A stretch of 63,359 nt of DNA, filler included, from Reclinomonas americana ATCC 50394 (Eukaryota), in the NCBI GenBank assembly GCA_048213135.1. It is 5 parts of 3 records of this genome, joined end to end, with 100 filler letters (N's around TTAATTAATTAA, not from the genome) between each part and the next. Parts side by side here need not be neighbours in the genome. Positions count along the whole stretch, not along the records: positions 53,889 to 57,632 come from PS015025.1; positions 57,733 to 63,359 come from PS015026.1; 3 more parts are not named here. One strand, given 5' to 3'. Positions 55,231 through 63,359 of this stretch are shown here, in pieces (position 1 is the first letter of the stretch; every line of letters starts with the position of its first letter). The notes beneath the pieces were generated by a model. It ran no database searches and was not told where the DNA came from. It was given only the letters and a program-made list of their open reading frames with translations. A program made the position numbers and the translations under genes.

Positions 55231-57632
55231 ATGACACGCGCTGCGCTGATGCTCTGCGCGCTGTTGGTGCTGCTGGCCGTGTGTGGTGCGTGATCTCGCC
55301 CCTTCACCTCTCCCTCTCCCTCTCCCTCACCCACCACTCACTTTTGTGTGCAAACGCGCAGGCCTGGCAGCAGCCAAGCACGGTGAGGGCCACGAGCAAG
55401 CCGAGCGTGACCCCGCCACTCACGCTCTCGCCGTCAAGTACGGCTTCAACCCGCCCGTGGTGGGCGGCACCACCTCCACCACGCCGGTGAACGAGGCCGC
55501 TGCCACACCCACCGAGGCACTCCCGCAGGTCCAGGTGGACCCCATTCCAGAGTTGCGCGCGCACGCGAGAAACAATGAGAATGCCACGTGTGATTATCGC
55601 TGACTTTTCTTGATTGTTCTACACAAGGGCGCCGCTTCCTCACCCGCCGGTCTTCCGTGTGCCGCCGACGCCGACTGGCTCGTTTGTGCACCCGACCCCG
55701 GCGCCGCGTCAGGCGGTGAATCCGTCGACGGAGGAGGCGCCGGTGGAGTTTGAGGTGGTTGTCGTCGAGGAGATTGATGTGCCGCCGCCGCCGCCGCCGC
55801 CGCAGCCAATGCGCGGTGCTCGCCCGTGCAGTGGCCATGGTGGCTTCTGGTCGCGCATCTTTGGTGGTCGCCACGCGCCACCACCGCCGCCGCCGGGTGA
55901 CATGGAGACGCAGGAGGCTGGTGACGACAACCATCATCACCACCACCACCACCATCACGGCCATGGTGACGGTGAGCGCCGCCACGGCCACCACCACCAC
56001 CACCACCACCACGAGCATGCCGAGAAGTACGACGCTGCTGGCGTGCCTGTGGAGGGTGGCGATGAGAACCAGCACCACCACCATGGACGCCACGGTCNNN
56101 NNNNNNNNNNNNNNNNNAAAGTGGGAAGGAGTGAGAACAAACCATCGGACAGCGCGCGCCAGCGGCGGCAGCAGCGGCCAGTGCCACGCGGGCGACGGCA
56201 GATGCGGCACAGCGCAAGCAGCACAATCAGCGTGTGCGGGATGAGCACGCAGCCGAGGACGGTGAGGATGGTGCGCGTGTTCGGCGTCATGCTCAGCGGA
56301 ATGCGCGACGGGTACGGCGACTGCGAGTAGGCACCGGCGTAGCCCGAGGCGGCGGCGCCCGCAAAGCTCTCCTGCGGCGGAGCACCCGGAGCGTAGCCCG
56401 GCATCTCCTGCTGACCACCGTGGTGGTGGTGGTTGTGGTTGTGGTGGTGACGATCGCCGCCACCAAACATGTTCTTCACCCACTTGCGGAAGCCACGGAA
56501 CATGCCGTGACNNNNNNNNNNNNNNNNNNNNNNNNNNNNNNNNNNNNNNNNNNNNNNNNNNNNNNNNNNNNNNNNNNNNNNNNNNNNNNNNNNNNNNNNN
56601 NNNNNNNNNNNNNNNNNNNNNNNNNNNNNNNNNNNNNNNNNNNNNNNNNNNNNNNNNNNNNNNNNNNNNNNNNNNNNNNNNNNNNNNNNNNNNNNNNNNN
56701 NNNNNNNNNNNNNNNNNNNNNNNNNNNNNNNNNNNNNNNNNNNNNNNNNNNNNNNNNNNNNNNNNNNNNNNNNNNNNNNNNNNNNNNNNNNNNNNNNNNN
56801 NNNNNNNNNNNNNNNNNNNNNNNNNNNNNNNNNNNNNNNNNNNNNNNNNNNNNNNNNNNNNNNNNNNNNNNNNNNNNNNNNNNNNNNNNNNNNNNNNNNN
56901 NNNNNNNNNNNNNNNNNNNNNNNNNNNNNNNNNNNNNNNNNNNNNNNNNNNNNNNNNNNNNNNNNNNNNNNNNNNNNNNNNNNNNNNNNNNNNNNNNNNN
57001 NNNNNNNNNNNNNNNNNGCTCATGTTTTTTTGTTGCTCACCTTGGTGACCGACAACAGAGGAGATTGGCAAGACGAGCCACTGCGTGGCTGGCTGCTGCG
57101 CCTCGAGCACCGCGTGCTTCTTTGGTGGTGCTCTGGCCCTCGTGCTGCTGCCGCTGTCGTGCTTGTTCCGCAGCCGCAAGGTCCGCCTCGGCGTCGGTGC
57201 CGGTCTGGCGATCTGCTCCCTGCTGTCGGCCACTGCCCTGTTGATCTTCGGCACCGTGGGCTCATACCACGATGAGGCGATGGTGAGTGAGAGAGCGAGG
57301 ATCAAAAAATTGTGTGTGTCGTCAGGCGAATCCGTGAACTCACTTTTTTTCGGTGATCAGCGCGTCATGTCGTCGTCGAACGAGCACGCTCTGGGCGGCA
57401 ACTGGACGGTCATCACCCTGGCCATTGGCATGCCGCTGTTCATTGTGGCCTCGTGGGCGCTGGTGGCCATCACCGCCTGCTACCGCCGCCTGCCGTGCCG
57501 CGGACAGAACGGCAACAACAACAATGGCGACGAGTCCATGTCGGACATGGAGTCCAACTGCCCGTCGAACCCCGCCGCCTATGTGCCGCTGCCGCAGGAC
57601 GACTCGGTCCAGCCGCTGCTGGCGCAGCCGGT
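55231..57632 (+). CDS. His-rich protein with signal peptide and about four C-terminal TM helices; middle exon 56143-56511 lies on an inverted contig; 3' end cut
   Basis: Signal MTRAALMLCALLVLLAVCG, Pro-rich and polyHis tracts. The flipped contig continues GRHGHGMFRGF; hydrophobic helices follow at 57059-57480. Confidence 0.72.
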
Positions 57633-57732
57633 NNNNNNNNNNNNNNNNNNNNNNNNNNNNNNNNNNNNNNNNNNNNTTAATTAATTAANNNNNNNNNNNN
57701 NNNNNNNNNNNNNNNNNNNNNNNNNNNNNNNN
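57633..57732. other. Artificial scaffold-joining linker
   Basis: 44 N + TTAATTAATTAA + 44 N. Confidence 0.97.
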
Positions 57733-60700
57733 GGCTGGTGTTGAGCGAGCCACACCTCGCGTGTCGGTGGATTCGGGGCGACGTGCGGCCGAGGCGCTGT
57801 TGCCGGCATCGTTTGTGGTACAGCCGCAGCAATTGCGTCCGCCGCAGCCCGTGGCCACCACCATTGGTGTGCCACACTTGTCGGGGGATGGCGGTCCGCG
57901 TCGGAGCGATGTGTATTCGTTGCCTGTGGCTCAGTTTGAAGACTTGCGGCTGGCCGCACGCGTCCTGTCACAGCAGCAACAACAACAAGAGATGCAACTA
58001 CAGCAGCATTTCCAACAGCAACTGCAGCAACATCAACAGCGGCAGGAGGAGGAGGAGGCGAAAAAGTCAGGAGTGCGGCGTCGATGCACCGCGAGACGTT
58101 TCTGGATAATCTTCTTGATTGTTGCTTGTATCCTCTTGCTGCTCGGCTCCGCGGCTGGAGTCTTGTATTTGTACCTGCGGCCAGAGACGGTGCCGCAGAA
58201 AGTCACCAGTGCGTTCTCCCTCGCGCCTCGTTTCCCCGTTCTCTGTTTACCGTTTATTCACTTTTGATTCTGCATGTGTGTCCTTCCCTCCCTCCCACCA
58301 GCTACTACCATTGTCGTTGGGTCGACATCGGGAAGCGTCACAACCACAGACGCCACACTCACAGTTCGTGGCGGTGTTGCCGCGTCGTCCGGAAAGTTCC
58401 GTTCTCTTGTCTTCCCTGTTTGTATTACCATGTTCGTACTCATTTTTTGCTCTTCGTGCGCGTGTGCAGCATATCGACGAACAACACGGACGTGGGCTAC
58501 CGCTTCTCATCAACATCAACAGGCATGTTTGCTGTCGGCGTACTCAATCTGGCATCGTCTGTAATCCCCGGCTCCGGTGATTCCCGCACCGTCTCCGAGC
58601 GTGTGTCGTCGTCGTCGTCGTCCTCCTCCTCCTCCCCGTCTGCAACAATGTGCAGCCCAACGGCAGCCAGCGACGGCCCGACTGCCCCGCCGACAACTCT
58701 AGGCAGTCCTAGTAGCAGCAATAGTCGTAATTATAGGAATCAGCCGCGGCAGGCGGCAACTGCCGCCCCGCAGTGCCAGTCGAGCGCCGGCGGCACCGCC
58801 TCGGCCAATGTCGACGTCCAGGCGCGCGATGTCGACACGGTGCGCAGCAGCACCTCGGATCTGGCGTTTTTGCACGACGCCAAACAAGTGTTGACGTTTA
58901 CGGCGCTCTCCGACTCGTTGGAGGCCGCACTTTTTGACGCCAAGTTGCGCCTTGCCGTGCCTTGTTAACTATATTTCCCTCCCAGTGTCTCAATTATCGT
59001 TCGTCGTACGCAGCGTGTACATTATGCAACGCAGTCTCTACCTGGGCCACGCGGCATCGGACTCAGCCACCCTGTCGGAACGCTACCGCGCCCGACGGCG
59101 TGTTTTGCAAGACGACTCGGGTGTTCTGCGCCTCAATCCGGACTCGGCGTACTCGTCGGTCACCATCGGACAGTCGACGTTGGTCGTCAATAATAGCACG
59201 CTGACTGTCGCCGGTACCGTCTATGCGCCGGGGTACCAGCTCTCCAGCGCACCCTCTGCGTCCGGCGTGTTCTACGCCAACTGTTGCGTCTCCGCTGCAC
59301 TTGATTGTATTGCCTTTTTTTCTTATCGCTGACAACTCTTGGACTTTTGTTAACGCTCAGCACAAGTTGTCATTGGCAATTCCGGCCAGAATCGCATCAA
59401 GGTACCGGCCTCCACCAAGGATCCTGTTGTTATCACGGGCCCTCTTGAAGTGGAGCAACCTATCTTTGTCGGCCTTGACGATGTCGGCAATCGGATCCTG
59501 AGTCTGACCAGTACCAAACTGACGGTGGGCGACAGGCAAACGACCACCGACGTGGAGTCGGTTGGCCGCCTGGCGGTAACGGGCCCGAGTATTGCCCTCA
59601 ACTTGCGCATGGCTCTCGTGTCGGGTGTGTCTGACTTGACGGTCGGAGTCGACACGGATGTGGTGAGAATACCGGGCATGCTGAGCGTCTCCAAGGCGTC
59701 CACCTTTGCGGCCGCCCTCACTGCACAATCCACATTGACGGTCACTGGAGCAACCACACTTCAAGGTGCCGTCACGGCATCCTCTTCAGTGACTGTGACC
59801 GGTACGCTTTCCGTGCAGGATGCGCTGACGGCACGCACACTGGCGGTCACTGGTGCCACGAATCTCGGCTCCACACTGTCGGTGTCCTCTGCCGTCACGC
59901 TCTCGTCGACATTGGCGGTGACCAGCGACGCCACATTATCGGGCGCGCTGATTGTCAACGGCGTGGTGCAGGCTCGGAGCTCGGTGGTAGTCACTGGCGA
60001 TACGACCATCGCCGGCACTCTGACCACCAACGGAGCGGCGGTCCTCAACGGCTCAGTGACACTGCCGAACGGCAGTGCGCTCACCGTCGGCACCGGCGGC
60101 GCAGTATTCAACGGCACCCTGCGCACCAACGGACAGACGACTCTGGCCGGCCCTGTGCAGATCAACAACGGCAGTCTGCTGACTGTCGGTACATCGGGAG
60201 CCACATTTGCTGGTCCGATCACGATGCAGGCCGGTCAGCTGCTGACTGTCGGCACCGGCGGCCTCACGCTCGGCGGCGCGCTGCAAGTCAATGCGGCATC
60301 GTCATTCAGCGGCTCTGTGGCCGTGACTGGCACAAATACGTTGACAGTCGGCACCGGAGCTGCGACATTCAATGGCCCACTGCGTGCCACGGCCACCTCC
60401 GTCACCACGCTCGACGGCACGCTGGCGGTCAATGGTGCCGCAACTTTCACCGGAGCCGTAAGCGTGACCGACACCGGTTCCTTCACCGTCGGTGTCGCTG
60501 GCATCGTCTCCAATGGACCAATCAGTGTGGCCAATGGTGTCACGCTCACTGTTCCGTATCTGCTTGTCGTTTGCTGTGCGCCCACTCACGTTCACCATAC
60601 TCATTCGTTTTTGCTTCGGTATGCAGGTGGGCACCGGAGTGACGACGCTTGGCGGCGAATTGCGTGTGAGGTGTGTGCATTTTCCTTGTGTCTCTGTGTG

Positions 60701-63359
60701 CGCGTGATATTCGTGGCTCATCTCCGCTCTTCTCCTTTCCTCGCCAAAACAGCGGTGTCACCACCTTGTCTGGTGCGCTGACCACGAACGGCACGGCGAC
60801 ATTTGCCAATTCGGTTACTCTCGGCAACGCAGCGTCGCTGACGGTGGGCACTTTGGGTGCGACCTTCAACGGCCCTGTAACGTTGTCGGCCGGTCAGCAA
60901 TTGACAGTCGGCTCTGGTGGCCTGACAGTGAACGGATCGCTGATCACCACGGGTTCATCGACCTTTGGTGGTGGCGTCACCTTCAACAACTCAGTCAGCG
61001 TCAACGGCAACATCACTGTCGCCGATGCAAAGCTGGTGACCATTGGTACGGGCGGCTTGCGCGTAACGGGCTCGGTTCAGGTGGACTCGAGCACAGCGCT
61101 CAACGGTTCAGTGACGATCGCCAACGGGCAGTCATTCACTGTCGGCAACGGTGCCAGCGCCATTCGCGGAACGCTTACCGTCGATGGTGCCACTACGTTT
61201 ACGACCACAGCCGTACACACTGGTGCCACCACCTTCAACGGCACTGTGACTGTTGCCGATGGCAAGTTGGTCACTATCGGCTCTGCGGGCATTGCGCTGA
61301 ATGGGCCACTCGCGCTGTCCGGCGCCAACACGCTGACACTGGCCACTGGGACGGCGACATTCGGGGGAGCTGCGACGTTTAGGTACGTCTGTGTGTTTGT
61401 GTACTCTGTGTTCGTTTCTCTCAGTCTGTCTGCTCACCTCCTCCTTCTTCTTCTTTACGCAACAGTGGTGCGACCACCGTCAACGGCCAGCTGACTGTCA
61501 ATGGCCAGTCGTCGTTTGCGAACAGCGTTGCGTTGACGGACGCCGCCAGTCTCACGGTGGGTGCGCTCGGTGCCACATTCAACGGCCCTGTGACTATCAG
61601 CGACACGCGCTTGCTGCGCGTTGGCACGGGTGGCGTTACAGTTGCTGGAGTGACGACGCTGAATGGCGCGCTCACCGTGGGCGCCGCCTCGCAGTTCAAC
61701 GCACCCATTGTGGTGTCCAACGGCAACGATGTGCGCGTGGGCACTGGTGGACTGGCTGTCACTGGTGCTATCAGTGCACAGTCGACGTTGAATGTCACCG
61801 GAGCGGCGACGCTGCAGTCTTCGCTTGCTGTCACTGGTGCTACGCAGCTCAATGGTGTACTGCAAGTTGGACAGGCCACCACACTCAACAGCACGTTGCT
61901 CGTTTCCGACACGGCCACCATCGGCGGCGCTGTCAACGTAAGCGGTCCCACAAACATGCTCGGTACCATGTACGCGCAGGGAGTTGCGCGCTTCGATGCC
62001 ACGTTGAACGCCAATGCTGCGGTGAATGTTGGTACGACACTGTCGGTCACCGGCAACACCTCAGTCTCCACGCTCGTAGCGTCCGGGCTGGTAACTGCTG
62101 GCAGTCTGACCACCGCCGGCACTATAAATGCGTTGGGTCTCATTATCGGTGGCAGTCTGTCGACCGCAGGCACGCTGTCTGCGACCGGTTCACTGACTGT
62201 CGGTAGCATCACGACGGGCGGCGCACTTGCGGCCACGGGCTTGGTGACTGGCGGCAGCTTCACGACCACCGGCAGCATCAGCGGCGCCACAATGAGCACT
62301 GCCGGTCTGGTTTCTGGTGGAAGCCTAGCTACTGCCGGTACAGCAACTGTCACGGGCACCATTACTGGTGGAAGCTTCACCACTGGTGGCACCATTGGCA
62401 CCGTCGGCGTCATCACGGGCGGGAGCGTCACCACGGCCGGCACATTGCAAGGTCGTACCATGAGTGCGTCGGGCGTGGTGGCCGGTGGCAGTCTGACCAC
62501 CGACGGCACGCTAACGGTGCTGGCCAACGCCACAGTCGGCACGCTCGTCAGTGGTGGTACTGTGAGTGCGGCAGGTGTCGTCAGTGGCGGCAGTGTGACC
62601 ACTGGTGGCACGCTGCTGGCGGCGCTGATGAGCGCGTCGGGGATGGTGAGCGGCGGCAGCCTCAGCAGCAACGGTACGCTGGTGGTTGGCAGCGGTGTGA
62701 CGGCCGGCAGTGTGACGACGGCCGGCACCATTGCGGCCACCAACAGTGTGACTGGCGGCTCGTTTGTGACTGGTGGCACCGTGTCGGCTGCGGGCCTGAT
62801 CACTGGTGGCAGTGTGACGACCGTCGGGTCACTGCAGAGCGGCTCGGTGAGCACGTCTGGCCTGGTGAGTGGTGGCAGCATTGCGACTGGCGGCACGGCG
62901 ACGGTGACGGGCGTGCTGATGGCCGGTAGTTTGACGACGGCCGGTACAATTGATGTGACTGGCGCGGCATCGGTGGGCAGCCTGGCGAGTGCGAGCTCGG
63001 TGAGCGCCGCCGGCCTGGTGACGGGCGGCGGCGGGTTCACGACGAGTGGCGCTGTAGTCGCTGGCGGTCTGGTGACGGCGGGCAACCTGACGACAGGCGG
63101 CACCGTGCAGGCAGCTGGTGTGATTACGGGCGGCAGTGTGACGACCGTCGGGTCGCTGCAGAGCGGTTCGATGAGCACGTCGGGCCTGGTGAGTGGCGGC
63201 AGCATTGCGACTGGCGGCACGGCGACGGTGACGGGCCTGATGACCGCCGGCAGTTTGACGACGGCTGGCACGATCGGCGCGACTGGCGCGGCATCGGTGG
63301 GCAGCCTGGCGAGTGCGAGTTCGGTGAGCGCCGCCGGCCTGGTGACGGGCGGCGGCGGG
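57733..63359 (+). CDS. Very large type II membrane protein with G/T/V/A/S-rich beta-repeat (fibre/adhesin-like) ectodomain; incomplete at both ends
   Basis: Q-rich N-terminus, then TM FWIIFLIVACILLLLGSAAGVLYLYL, then seven GT-AG introns linking one continuous frame. The last exon (from about 61466) stays open to the window end, so the ORF track misses it. Confidence 0.85.
62808..63359 (+). repeat. Near-identical coding duplication with a 324-bp (108-codon) period
   Basis: 62808-63035 aligns without gaps to 63132-63359, with scattered substitutions, many of them synonymous. Confidence 0.9.

Noticed and set aside
61421-63271. 616-aa Pro/Val/Thr-rich minus-strand ORF
   Set aside because: It is the antisense shadow of the Gly/Thr-rich fibre exon; splice sites and frame continuity support the + strand.

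Overview
Draft-assembly window from an intron-rich, flagellated eukaryotic microbe. The lineage cannot be identified from sequence alone; the standard genetic code fits every gene I reconstructed. The window is five pieces joined by artificial 100-nt linkers (44 N + TTAATTAATTAA + 44 N), with nine further N gaps and four small contigs placed in the wrong orientation inside genes. About 19 spliced genes can be rebuilt by hand: CCT8, a TSEN15-like gene, an RNI-type LRR protein, PP2C, a membrane-anchored A1 aspartic protease, polyprenol reductase, a PDI/thioredoxin protein, RagC/D, an NCS1 transporter, an HDAC8-like deacetylase, a UCP-type carrier, two uncharacterised membrane proteins, an M28 aminopeptidase, a DNAH1-type dynein, a FAN/NSMAF-like BEACH protein, a low-complexity fragment, a His-rich membrane protein and a very large fibre-like repeat protein. 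The strongest signal is a two-register 5' splice-site code. Exons ending in G use a normal donor (G|GTGCGT, GTGAGT, GTGTGT). Exons ending in A, C or T almost always use a donor shifted by one base (|GTTGCGT, GTTGAGT, GTTGTGT, GTTCCGT). The second highlight is an intron-containing type II membrane protein built from repeats resembling phage fibres and trimeric adhesins. All gene models and family assignments come from manual translation and recalled motifs; no searches were run.
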